From assembly GCA_918797485.1 (NCBI GenBank), contig CAKKNE010000003.1:372001-436000 (forward strand): a stretch of 64,000 nucleotides of DNA, given 5' to 3'. Positions 28,873 to 38,874 of the stretch are shown here, one piece after another. This DNA is from Pelagomonas calceolata. Taxonomy: Eukaryota. The notes under the pieces are model-generated. The model was not told where the DNA came from, searched no databases, and was given only the letters and a program-made list of their open reading frames with translations. Made by a program: the position numbers and the translations under genes. Every line of letters starts with the position of its first letter. The stretch's first letter is position 1.

Positions 28873-31052
28873 CTACCCGTGCTGCTGCGCGAACTCGTCC
28901 CACTCGCGGTCTGTCCAGGCGTTGCGCGGGTCGGTGTCATTCACATTCGTCGGCTGCGGCGCCGGCGCCGGCGCCGGCGGCGGATCCGGCGTCGGGCAAC
29001 TACAGAGGATGTGCCCGAGCGGGCCGACGGCCTTCGAGATATCGGCGATGTTGGGCATCGAATCTATCAAATTCCTGAGCGCGCCCACGTCAACGCCAAA
29101 ACCGGTCCCTACACCGCCGTCGCTGGACTCGAGGCTCGCGAGCGCGCCGGACGACGACGCCGACGCGACCCGCGCAGCTAACAAGCGCACCGACGCGTCC
29201 GTGGTGTTGTTCTCGCCGATGACTTTGACCGCTCTGGCCATCACCGTGTCCATCTGCGCAGCTAATTTCGGAGCGACGCACTTCACACTAGCTTTCATCT
29301 CCTGATCAGAGGCCTCGCCTACCATAACGCCGCCGTCGTCGGACGTGACCATCTTGACCGCAGGTACGAGAGACGTAGACTGTCGATATCCCAACGCTAA
29401 AACAGTCAAGAATTTCGTAGCAAGCATCATGAAGCAGTTTGGTGTAAAGGGATTCAACATGGCGAAGTGTCCTGGATTGCCCATGACGTGCCACACTTCA
29501 TTCCCTACAAGGCACGCGACGACGACTCGGCCAGCAGCAGCTTCTTTCGTATTTTCCACGTCTCTCACGGCACCCGAAATCACGTAGCAGCGCGCCACGC
29601 CCGTCGTCGTCAATAAACTATCTACGTTTAATTTGGCGTCGCCCTCATCAAGAAGAGAAAGGCGGCCTCGACCTACTTTCGTACACTCGGGCAAGCCCTG
29701 CTTCGTCATCAAGGTCGTCGTGAACTTCTTTCCTATTTCAAAGCCGCGATCTTCCCGATTACCAGGTCCACTATAAAATTTTTCGAGGTTGCCTATCTCG
29801 CCCTTCTGCTCGGCCTCTAAATACTGATCTCGCCGCCTCAAAACTGCACGTTCATCCAATACCGCACAGTGTCTGTTGGTCAGTAAAGTATCACCGTGCG
29901 CCATAGCTACAATCGTCTTCACGAGACGTGCCATCTCGTCCAGAGTACTAGGATAGGTAACGAGGGCTTCAAACAACTCATGGTGTCGACTCATCTGTTC
30001 CAAAGGCGTAACGTACTTCTGGCGTTTCTTTTCTACTAGCATATTGAATTTTTCGGACTCTTCGAGTTTCCGAGCATCATCTTGTGACATGCCACACTCT
30101 TTGACGACCATGCTGTCGAGTTTCTCAGCTCGATTGTTCCCGGACCACCTAGTTGATGGCTGTAAATCTTTTTCAATGCTTCTACGGCACGTGGCCTCAA
30201 CAAATTTATGCTCCGGCGGCCACTGCAAGCCCTCCATCGTGCGCCACGCGCCGGAAGCGGCCGTTTCTAACTGCGCCTCGACGTCTCCATCTAACTTCGG
30301 GATCTGCTTCATGCTTGTCACCTGTGTGTAAATCAGTGAATCCGAAGACGTCGTAAAACTTTGATTTCCACACTGGCGTCCACGAGGTACGTGGATTTCT
30401 GCTCGTCGCCCATGGACGCCAAGACCGACGACGCCTCGGCCCCGTGCTTCGCCCGGAACGCCTCAGCCGCGAACCACGTCATCAAGACCCACGCGCACAT
30501 AACACCGTGTGCTCCCGCGCACTCGCACATCCCGTGCTTCATGATGGCCTCGATCGCGGGCCGCATCGACTCGTTTTCTATCAACGCCTCGATCTCCGTG
30601 ACAAAGGCCTCCTTGTCCTTATCTAATTTGTCCTGCATTTTCGCGAGGAACGCCGCGCGTGCCTTCTCATCTTCGGCGGCCTTTTGCAGCTCGTCTTCCT
30701 TGTCCTTGTCGCGCTTCCGTTTGCGGTCTCCAACGCTTCCAGCCTTGTACACCTCCTCGGGCGCGTTGCGCTGCGCCTCCTCGTACTCGCTGCACGCGCG
30801 GCGGTACTTGGCCCAGACCTCGTCGCGCTTGGCCCATGCCGCGTCGCGTATTTTGACCTGATCTGGTGACGCGGTGGACGCCATCAGGTCGATGGCTAGG
30901 CTTCTCGAATCCGGTTGGGACAGCTTGTGGCCCACGATCTCCACGGCGTGATGGAAGAGGATCAGTTTGAGCTGATGTGCGCTCGGTTGTCCTCGATAGT
31001 GTTTTTCTGTATACGGCGGCTCCTTCGGCTTCCAGGGGGGCGTCTGCTCCAT
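28873..31052 (-). CDS. Hypothetical ~705-aa protein; exons 31052-30384 and 30321-28873
   Basis: Two long ORFs join in phase 0 through a 62-nt intron; charged helical N-terminus with KRKR; no recognisable catalytic motif. Confidence 0.7.
30322..30383 (-). mobile_element. 62-nt Introner-like intron with ~14-nt terminal inverted repeats
   Basis: GTGGACGC CAGTGTGGAAATCA...TGATTTACACACAG|GTGACAAG; donor lies 8 nt before the TIR. Confidence 0.7.
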
Positions 31053-31237
31053 ATTTTGGAACGTTACGCGACGCGAGGGCGACCGCTGAGAGTGGGAATA
31101 GCTGGAATAGCTGTAAATGCAGCGCAGGGCTCCCGAATTATCTCAAGTTGTGGAGCGGTTCCGTCGCAGTAATTGATGCCCTCAAACGGCTGGTGAGCAC
31201 AGCGTTCACCGGCAGCAAGGCGCCGCGCAAAATGCTG

Positions 31238-31261
31238 GCTAGTGTCTTACAGGTCGCTAGC
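31238..31261 (-). promoter_or_regulatory. Conserved upstream motif, copy 5
   Basis: Minus strand GCTAGCGACCTGTAAGACACTAGC, about 185 bp upstream of ATG 31052. Confidence 0.65.
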
Positions 31262-32418
31262 TGGTCCAGCCGTCGGTCAGCGCTGCTCCTCAGCTACAAG
31301 CGCCGACGTCCGCATAGCTGGAGCGCGGAATTAGCCACAAATTATGCTCACGTTGCCAACGGCCCCGTCCCGACAACTGCGCGCACGCGATAAGCAGCAG
31401 TCTGCTAGGCTGCCTGTCAAGCAGAGCTGCTCCGCGGCGTCGTGTGGCACGCGCGGTAGAAAATATCTGCCGCGGACACAGATCGTCGCTGTTGACAGAA
31501 CTGTGGAAGCCGCGGAGTCTCACGGAGCGATGCGCGGCGACGCCTCCGCTCTCGCGGCGCTAGAAGGGCGGAGGGGCGAACAGAGCTACGACACGTTCGT
31601 GACCGCGCCGCGCTAGCCATCCAGCCGATGCAGCGAGCGCCGCCAGCGTGTGTCAGCTCCTGACGCCGACCGCAAGACCAGCCAGGCCCTACGCGCCCGT
31701 CGTTTCCGACAGCCTACGGCCGCCCGGCCGCCTCGGCGACGGCCTCAAGTCGTGCCCTCCGCTCCTGGAGCCCCAAGGCGAAATGTGGTGGCCGAGGTTG
31801 GCCGGTACCCTGCCTGGCGGCGCCAGGCCCTCGAAAGCCGGGCCGGTCCCGCAGCAGTTGCCTGCGCCCTTCGGCGCCGGCCCCAAGGGTTCAGTCCGTG
31901 CTCATAGGACTCAAAGAACCCCGGCGTTGTCAGGATTCAGCGACTGCCTCGCCCCGCGAGGTGGAAGAGCAACCTGGAGCGTGACCGGACGCCTTTTCCA
32001 GCAAACAGTGTTTTCGCGTCGGTATCCGGCACGAACAGACTACGTGGGTTGGCTCCTACAAACGCTGTAACTCCCTGGACTAATTGCTGGCGGCGAGGAA
32101 ATGCACGGAGATCCAACAATGCGACATCAAGCTCGCGGGCACCGCGGACCACTTCGACTCGCCTCGTCGGTTTTTTGCCGTGCGCTGATGCTCAAAATGT
32201 GATCTAGGACTGCTGGCGACGCGCTCCACGACGATGCGAGTTTTACAATTTTCATGCGCCTGCGGCCCTCGCCCCTTAGCCACTCACGAAGTTGGAGCGC
32301 GCCCAGATCGAGCAGGGCCGCGAGGCCTACAAGCGCCTCACGGGCCAGATCTAGATGGCTCGCGGCGACGGCGTCTTTCCCGGGTAACAATTGAACCATT
32401 AGTCACACCATTACTCAA

Positions 32419-33558
32419 TCAGAGCTCGCCCGAGTCGTCGTCGCGCAGCAGCGGCATGCGGTCGAGCAATGCGAGCGCCCGGTCCCACTCGACGAGCTTG
32501 CCCGCGCCCAGCTCCGGCGGTATGGCGCCCAGGCCCCCCGCCGCGCCGAGGACGGCGCCGATCGCGACGGCGCGCGACGCGGAGTCGCCTCCGACCTCTG
32601 CATTCGCCCGCGCCGCAGCCACGAGATTATTGTCATACTTCACGATAAAATAGACGGCGCCCGGGAGCGTGCCTTCCGTCGGCGAGGCCTTGCCGACTTT
32701 GATCGGCTCGCTCTTCCCGACGTCCCACAGCCGCGCCATCGACGTGAGGGCGAGGTCGTCCACGAAGTCTTCTTTCGAAAGCGGTTGCGCCGGGTCCGTC
32801 GCCTCGTCGACCTTGGCCAGTGCCTGCGCTACCTTCTTCTGCACGAATGGCGACGACGCCGCGGCGACTTCCTGGATGGCGTCCCGCGGCGCCGCCCCGC
32901 GCGACACGCGGAAGGCCACGCGCGCGAAGAACTCGCTTCCGTCGAGGGCCGTCGCCTCGCGGTGCGTGAACGACGCCTTCCGCGCCGCGTTTGCGACGGC
33001 GTCCTCGTCGTTGTAGTAGCCGAGCAGGGCGGCGCCGCGGAACGACATGGCGTTCGAGTTGCCGCCGAGCGATGACACGGGCGCCCCCTGCGCCACCTGG
33101 TTGTACGTGAGCCGCGTCTGCGTGCAGATCCAGCTCCGCCACGTCGCCAGCGCCTCGCGCCAGCGCGGCAGGAACTCGGCCACGTCGAAGGGCCGCGAGG
33201 GCGCCGTAGCCGCGAGATGTTCGGCGACCAGCAGGTTGTAATCGCCGTAGTCCGTCTGCTCACCGGCTTGTTTCGCCGGTCCGTTGCCGTTGCCGTCGTG
33301 GAAGTTGCGTGCGCCCCAGCCCACGCCGTGCGTCGTGCCCCCCGTCTTCTCGCCAGGCGCGTAGTACCGGTCGATCGCGCCGTAGAACTTCTTAATGCGG
33401 GTCGCATCGTACTCGTAGTGGGTCGCCAGCGACAGCGCGTCCGCCACCAAGGCGCCGACAAAGGCACCTCGGATTCGGTCAGCGGTGGCTGGGTCCAGCT
33501 GCGCACAGCGTACCGTGCGTGCTGCTGCCGAGAAGAAGAGGAGAGCGCGGCGCACCAT
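32419..33558 (-). CDS. ADP-ribosylglycohydrolase / crystallin-J1 family protein
   Basis: DRIRGAFVGALVADALSL, QTDYGD, FTH, ARANAEVGGDSASRAVAIGAVLGAAGGLGAIP. Likely start ATG 33558; C-terminus SGEL. Confidence 0.85.
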   Translation of the reverse strand: MVRRALLFFSAAARTVRCAQLDPATADRIRGAFVGALVADALSLATHYEYDATRIKKFYGAIDRYYAPGEKTGGTTHGVGWGARNFHDGNGNGPAKQAGEQTDYGDYNLLVAEHLAATAPSRPFDVAEFLPRWREALATWRSWICTQTRLTYNQVAQGAPVSSLGGNSNAMSFRGAALLGYYNDEDAVANAARKASFTHREATALDGSEFFARVAFRVSRGAAPRDAIQEVAAASSPFVQKKVAQALAKVDEATDPAQPLSKEDFVDDLALTSMARLWDVGKSEPIKVGKASPTEGTLPGAVYFIVKYDNNLVAAARANAEVGGDSASRAVAIGAVLGAAGGLGAIPPELGAGKLVEWDRALALLDRMPLLRDDDSGEL

Positions 33559-34126
33559 GCTGCGATACGAGCTCGTATTAGCTGGCACCAGCGGTGCACC
33601 CACAGCGTCTAGCAGCCTCTGCAGCTCTTCGATGCGGTAAAAAGCTGGTCGCGGCGGGTAACTGGACCCTGCCGCCACGCTGGATGGGCGCTACGGTGCG
33701 TAGGGCCTCCGTACGATGCGGGAGAGCAGCGCCAGCTCTGCGAGACCAAAATGCTAACTGAGACAGCCTAGCGGAGTGAACCAGTTTGAACTTTCGTTCG
33801 TTCGTCGAGTTCATTCAGTATCACAGCGAAAAATCCTGGCGCGTGCGCATGAGGCCGCAAAACCCGATACGCTGCCAGCTGCGAGGCTGAGAGGCGCAGT
33901 GCAGCGACACACGCACGAATACAACGACGCGCGAAGCGCTGCAGTAGTGCAAGAGTAGCGAGTACACAAATTGCTCCAGTCCTTCTGTTGCTGGACGAGA
34001 AGTAGCGGTAAAACACGTCTGAGAGCAGTGAGTGCAACCAGCCCAAAGGACCACAACCCCGCGTGAAACCGGCCATCAGTGGAACCGACGAGCACACGTG
34101 CGCGCGCATCAAACACCGCTAAAGAA

Positions 34127-35140
34127 ATGGCTGCACTAACCACAAGGGTGCCATGCAACATCCTCACCGGCCCGCTGGGCGCCGGCAAGTCCACGGCCAT
34201 CCTCAAGCTCCTGCAGACGCGCGGCGACGGCAACTGGGCCGTGCTAGTGAATGAGATGGGCGACGTGGGCATAGACGGCGTCATCGCCGGGAGCGGCGGC
34301 GCCGCCACGGCCGAAGTAAGTGGAGGCTGCATTTGTTGCGCGAACGGTGTGGCCGTGCGCGTCGCGTTGACGCGACTGCTGAAGAAGCGCCCGACGCGTT
34401 TATTGATCGAGCCTTCTGGTTTAGGCCACGTCGCGGAGCTGAGCGAACACCTCCAGAAGGAGCCTTTGTCGAACGCGTTGGAGCTAAGGGCCGTGGCCTG
34501 CGTCGTGCCGTGCGACCGCCATTCGCTGTTGTGGGCCGAGGCGCCGCTTTATAGAGATATGGTCCACGCCTCGGACCTGTTGATCCTGAACCGGCGGGAC
34601 GTCGATGCAGGCATGACGTCTGATGTTGATAATTGGGCCCGGGAGCTGTATCCGCCAAAAACCATACTTCTGGCCGACCGCGGCGCGTGTTCCACAGATT
34701 GGGTCGACGCGCCGCGCGACGCTATTACGATAGAACAGGAGCACGCGCCCGGCGCCGAGGAGGACGACGAATATCGGCCGAAGCGTACCTTCACGCACAT
34801 CGACGGCTCGAAGCGCACCGAGTCACACGGCGGCGGCAAGGCTTATGTGGGTGTGATCTTCGGGAAGCTGGGCGCGCCCTTCGAGGCGGATCGGCTCGAG
34901 AGCGCGTGCGCGACGGCGTGTGCGTTCGACGGCGCGGAGCGGTTCAAGGGCGTCTTCTATGTCAGGACGCGGGGCTGGGTCCTCGTGCAGTGGGTGCGCA
35001 ACGGCGGGCCCGCGGACACGCAGATCCTGTCGCGGGCGGCGGACTCGCGCTTCCAGCTGATTCTTTGTGGGGACGAGCCGGCGCCCGTCGCGGTCGCGGC
35101 TCTTGAGTCCGCTTTTATGGGGGCCCGAGGAAAGGTGTAG
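34127..35140 (+). CDS. CobW/COG0523-family metal-binding GTPase
   Basis: Walker A GPLGAGKS, AVLVNEMG, GGCICC, LIEPSG, NRRD, C-terminal ERFKG. Confidence 0.92.
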   Translation: MAALTTRVPCNILTGPLGAGKSTAILKLLQTRGDGNWAVLVNEMGDVGIDGVIAGSGGAATAEVSGGCICCANGVAVRVALTRLLKKRPTRLLIEPSGLGHVAELSEHLQKEPLSNALELRAVACVVPCDRHSLLWAEAPLYRDMVHASDLLILNRRDVDAGMTSDVDNWARELYPPKTILLADRGACSTDWVDAPRDAITIEQEHAPGAEEDDEYRPKRTFTHIDGSKRTESHGGGKAYVGVIFGKLGAPFEADRLESACATACAFDGAERFKGVFYVRTRGWVLVQWVRNGGPADTQILSRAADSRFQLILCGDEPAPVAVAALESAFMGARGKV

Positions 35141-35202
35141 TGTAACGGTATTGTAGTTACTTTCATGTGTCGCGGCGACGGCGTCGACGACGGCTGATTT
35201 CT

Positions 35203-35265
35203 GTTGCGGTGCTAGGACTAGTGGGCGGAGCCCCTGCCCAGGGCTGGGGGGGAGACACCGCGCGT
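35203..35265. repeat. Direct repeat copy A, upstream of the lectin-RelA/SpoT gene (copy B at 37561-37612)
   Basis: gttNcggtgctNggactagtgggcggagcccctg...gggggagacaccgcgcgt at both positions. Confidence 0.85.
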
Positions 35266-35332
35266 CGCCTATTCATCCGGCGGCGGGCGCGAGCCGATTC
35301 TTGCATAACAGCGTGAGGAGACACCGCGCGGC

Positions 35333-35362
35333 GATAGCGGCCTGTACAGGTAAGACACTAGC
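35333..35362 (+). promoter_or_regulatory. Conserved upstream motif, copy 6 (6-nt insertion)
   Basis: GATAGCGGCCTGTACAGGTAAGACACTAGC, about 90 bp upstream of ATG 35454. Confidence 0.55.
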
Positions 35363-35453
35363 AGAGATCTCCAGGTCGTGCGCCGGGCGCCGCAGCCTCC
35401 CCTAAAGGGCTGCCCAACGCTGCAGAGAGCACGCTACAAGCGCTGCAGCATAA

Positions 35454-37466
35454 ATGCCGAAAGTGGCGCCGGCGGACGAGGCGGAGGCCAAGGCGCGTCT
35501 GCTGCCGCAAAGCCATGGAGACGTCGCCGCGTTCGCGCGGACCGCGTCGCGGTGGCTGGAACGCAGCGATCTGGAGGGCACGAAGATCGGCGCCGCGCAC
35601 GCGCACCTCGTGAAGGCCGAACACGCGGAGCTCGCAAAAGCCACGGTGCTGGTGCGGCGCGCGCCAGAGCCGGAGAGCCTCGTCGGGTCGCTCGAGCTCC
35701 ACGAGACGCGAGCTCTGGCGCGCCAGGGCGAGGTCGAGACGGACGAGGCCTTCAGCGGCGCCGGCCTCTTCGGCGGGCGGAGACCCTTCGCGATCTTCCT
35801 GTGGTTCTTATTCGGCGCAATCATGCTCGTCCTGAGTATCCAGTATGCGTGTTCCCTGGCTGTGCGCGACGCGGAGGCCGAGCCGGCGGTGTACTTCGAC
35901 GTGCGTGCCGTGGCGCGGGGCAAACCGGCCTTCATGGTACCGCCAACCGTCGACCGCTGCATGGGGCCGTGCACGCACCGGGACGCGCGGCGCGCGTGCG
36001 AAATTTTGGGTGGTACGCTGCCGTGGGGCCCGTCGACGGCGTCGCTCTCGTACGACCAATTCCGGGACGAGGAACGCTTCCACGACGCGGACACGTGGTT
36101 GGGCCCGCGGCGGCGCGCGCCCGCCGGGGCGTTCCAGTGGCTTGACGGTGCTCTCGTCGCCGACGGGCCCTGGGCGAGCGGCGCGGCGCCGCCGACGATG
36201 GCGGAGGACGATTGCCTGTACGTGGTCTCCGGGACCGACGGCCGCTGGGCCGCCGCGGCCTGCGGCGAAAAGAAGATCGCGCGGTGCCAGGGGAACGCCG
36301 CGAGGACCACGCGCATGGAACTCTCCATCTTCCTCATGGTCTTCTGCATGGCCGCGACGCTCCTGTGGCGGGCGTGGGCGCTGTGGCGCGGCCGCGACTA
36401 CCTGGCCTACCACGCGCTGACCTCGTTCACGGTCGTCTTCGCCCTTACGTTCCAGTTCTTCGGCATCGCGGTATACGCGCATCGGCCGTGGGCCGGCGGC
36501 GTCTTCACCCTATGCCTGGTCACGTCCGGCGCGCTCATCGCGCTGCAGGTGGGGTACCACCTGGCGCTGCGGGACGTCTACGTGGCGCAGCTGTGGATCA
36601 CGATACTCTTTTACTACTTTGGAATCGGCTTCGTGTTACTCATCGCGGTCTTCTCGTGGGCGTGGCCCATCGGTCCGCTGCTCCTGGTCGTCGCCGCGTA
36701 TCTCCACTATTCCCGGAACCAGGCATTGAAGACGTCGTGGGACATGATCAAGGGCGACTTCGAAAAATACGAGGCGACGTGGGCGCGGCTGGTGGCGGAG
36801 ACGGGCGACATCGATGCGCACGTGGCGCGCCTGCAGGACGAGCTCGCCGCGGCGCTGGGCGGCGGGTCGACCGGCGTGGCGGCTGCCATCGGCCGGAGCG
36901 TCCGCCGGGGGCGGACGGGGGACCACCCGCGCCAGTGCGTCGGCGACCTGGCCGTCCTCTTCGGGCAGGCGTGCAAGCTGAACGCGTACTACCAGCTCGC
37001 GGTCGCCACCTGGAGCGCCGGGCTGACTGGAGCGGTCGTGTCGCACGCGCCCATCAAGCGGCGCGACCGGGCGATCGAGAAGCTGTGGCGGAGCTACCGG
37101 GGCGACGCGCGGTTCTGCATCGACCTGGTCCGGGCGTCGATCACCTTCCAGAGCTTCGACGCGATCACCGAGTGCGTCAAGCGCATTCGCGAGGACCCAC
37201 GGGCCTGCGTCGTACATGCGAAGAATCGCTTCCGGCGAGAGTACGACGCCAAGGGGACGGCGGGCTACCGGAACGTCTCGCTTTCCATCGTGCTCGTCGA
37301 CGCGGTGACGTCGTCGCTCGGCGTCGAGACCCACGTGTGTGAACTGCAGCTGGGCATCGCCCCCTTCGAGGACCTGAAGCACTCGATGGGGGGCGACGTC
37401 GAGGCCGGCGGCGGCGAGTCCGGCCACCAGAGGTACAAGCGATTTCGTAACCTCCGGGCGATTTGA
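35454..37466 (+). CDS. Multi-pass membrane protein: C-type lectin domain + ~6 TM + RelA/SpoT-like nucleotidyltransferase domain
   Basis: CTLD: THRDARRACEILGGTL, WLG, FQWLDG, W..G..P, DCL, GRWAAAAC, IARC. NTase: APIKRRDRAIEK, DLVRASI, KNRF, GYRNV, CELQL, GHQRY. Confidence 0.85.
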   Translation: MPKVAPADEAEAKARLLPQSHGDVAAFARTASRWLERSDLEGTKIGAAHAHLVKAEHAELAKATVLVRRAPEPESLVGSLELHETRALARQGEVETDEAFSGAGLFGGRRPFAIFLWFLFGAIMLVLSIQYACSLAVRDAEAEPAVYFDVRAVARGKPAFMVPPTVDRCMGPCTHRDARRACEILGGTLPWGPSTASLSYDQFRDEERFHDADTWLGPRRRAPAGAFQWLDGALVADGPWASGAAPPTMAEDDCLYVVSGTDGRWAAAACGEKKIARCQGNAARTTRMELSIFLMVFCMAATLLWRAWALWRGRDYLAYHALTSFTVVFALTFQFFGIAVYAHRPWAGGVFTLCLVTSGALIALQVGYHLALRDVYVAQLWITILFYYFGIGFVLLIAVFSWAWPIGPLLLVVAAYLHYSRNQALKTSWDMIKGDFEKYEATWARLVAETGDIDAHVARLQDELAAALGGGSTGVAAAIGRSVRRGRTGDHPRQCVGDLAVLFGQACKLNAYYQLAVATWSAGLTGAVVSHAPIKRRDRAIEKLWRSYRGDARFCIDLVRASITFQSFDAITECVKRIREDPRACVVHAKNRFRREYDAKGTAGYRNVSLSIVLVDAVTSSLGVETHVCELQLGIAPFEDLKHSMGGDVEAGGGESGHQRYKRFRNLRAI

Positions 37467-37560
37467 GTTTGCTAAGAAACTTGAAGAATGTATTATCCGC
37501 GGCTAGGCGGCCTAGCTCTAGGCAAAGCAATGTATTACTAGTACGGTGTCCGAATCTATT

Positions 37561-37612
37561 GTTACGGTGCTCGGACTAGTGGGCGGAGCCCCTGGGGGGA
37601 GACACCGCGCGT
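37561..37612. repeat. Direct repeat copy B
   Basis: Matches 35203-35265 apart from an ~11-nt indel and two substitutions. Confidence 0.85.
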
Positions 37613-37635
37613 GGTCGATTCCGCGGAGGCTGCGA

Positions 37636-37658
37636 GCTAGCGGCCGTGAGACTCTAGC
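37636..37658 (+). promoter_or_regulatory. Conserved upstream motif, copy 7
   Basis: GCTAGCGGCCGTGAGACTCTAGC, about 140 bp upstream of ATG 37801. Confidence 0.5.
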
Positions 37659-37800
37659 ATGATCTTCGCAGAGCACAAGTTGTCACGCTGCTATACAGAA
37701 CAGAACCACTTGCGTACCAATTCGTGAGCTTCGCAAAGCGATCTCCGTCCGCTGAACTCGCTCTCAGCCAATCCGCGCTCCGAAAGACGCCGTCTACGCG

Positions 37801-38121
37801 ATGTGGCGCCTCTTCTGGTGCTTGCTAGCTTCTGTGGCTGCCATACGCGAGCCGAGCGCAGAGAAGACTGCCGGCAGCCCGAGACCATCGATGTGGCGCG
37901 ACCATCGACACGGCCGCATCGAAGAACGAAAGCACGACGAGACCATCGACACGGGCTTCGTCCAGGGCGTCCGCCTCGTAAGACAAGACCGACAAAACGT
38001 TACAAGAGTCGTCGTCGACGAGGGCGTCGGCGTCCGCTTCGTAAGACACGACCGGCGCCCCAAGCAACCGGCGAACGCCTCGAAGACGATCTTCGTCGAG
38101 GATCCCGTCTGGCTCATCTGA
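37801..38121 (+). CDS. Small putative secreted protein (106 aa)
   Basis: Signal-like MWRLFWCLLASVAA; internal repeat GVRLVRQDR / GVRFVRHDR; preceded by the upstream motif. Confidence 0.45.
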   Translation: MWRLFWCLLASVAAIREPSAEKTAGSPRPSMWRDHRHGRIEERKHDETIDTGFVQGVRLVRQDRQNVTRVVVDEGVGVRFVRHDRRPKQPANASKTIFVEDPVWLI

Positions 38122-38457
38122 TCCCTCTTGTTCGTTCCCGCTTGACGCGCCAGCTGTGCCGTAGGCCGCGTAAGGTTACTGTGTCAAACGCACTTACTGG
38201 GGCAACCGCGGGTTCACTTCGGTTGGAAGTTGGAACTTGCTGGCTCTGTCCTGCGCTTTTATTACGCGCGTCGGCAACCATTAAGGATTGTCCGCGTGGC
38301 GCTCTTAGAGTTTTCACTTGGAGCGTTCTCCTGCGGACAACTTCGCCGTCGCAAGCACTCTAGGGTCCGTGACTGCTTTGTGTAACTAACTCTCCTCGAG
38401 ATCAAAGCGTCCGTGACCGCGCTTAACTACTCTCTTTCTCTCAAAAACCAGTTTGCA

Positions 38458-38806
38458 ATGCTCCGCAAGGTAGTCATCGCTCTTGCGTGCCACGGCGTCA
38501 ACCCTTCAGGCTGTCCGGCTCGAACGCCGAACGCCGCGTCGCGCGCCCGGTCACATTGATTCCTCACAGGCGCTCGGCGCCGCCAACGGCATGGGTTACG
38601 GCGGCGTCGGCAAGTGCGTCATCCCAGATGATGATAATAATCCGCAGGGCAAGTTCGCAGGTGACCGCTGTCAGGCCGTCTGGACAACCGATGACTCCGC
38701 GGCCTGCGAAGTGGACCAGTACGGCTGCCCCAGTGTCGCGTGCGACGGCTCTGACAAACCGTGGTGCATGATGGAAGACGGGCTGAATTGGTGCTACTGC
38801 GAGTGA
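38458..38806 (+). CDS. Small secreted 8-Cys protein; exons 38458-38484 and 38570-38806
   Basis: An 85-nt GC-AG intron (38485-38569) gives signal MLRKVVIALALGAANG; mature part ends ACDGSDKPWC..NWCYCE. Confidence 0.65.
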
Positions 38807-38874
38807 GACCGGAACGAGGACGTGACAGATCAGCGCCACCTGTAGATAAGAACATACTTTCGTGATAGTAGTAC

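Noticed and set aside
31344..32400. Short ORFs in the 1.3-kb gap (e.g. 31648-32070)
   Set aside because: No motif or splice model I can support; left unannotated.
32419..37466. ARH + CobW + RelA-like genes as a bacterial operon or contaminant
   Set aside because: Mixed orientation, host upstream motif, a eukaryote-type lectin domain and intron-containing neighbours; no evidence of functional linkage.
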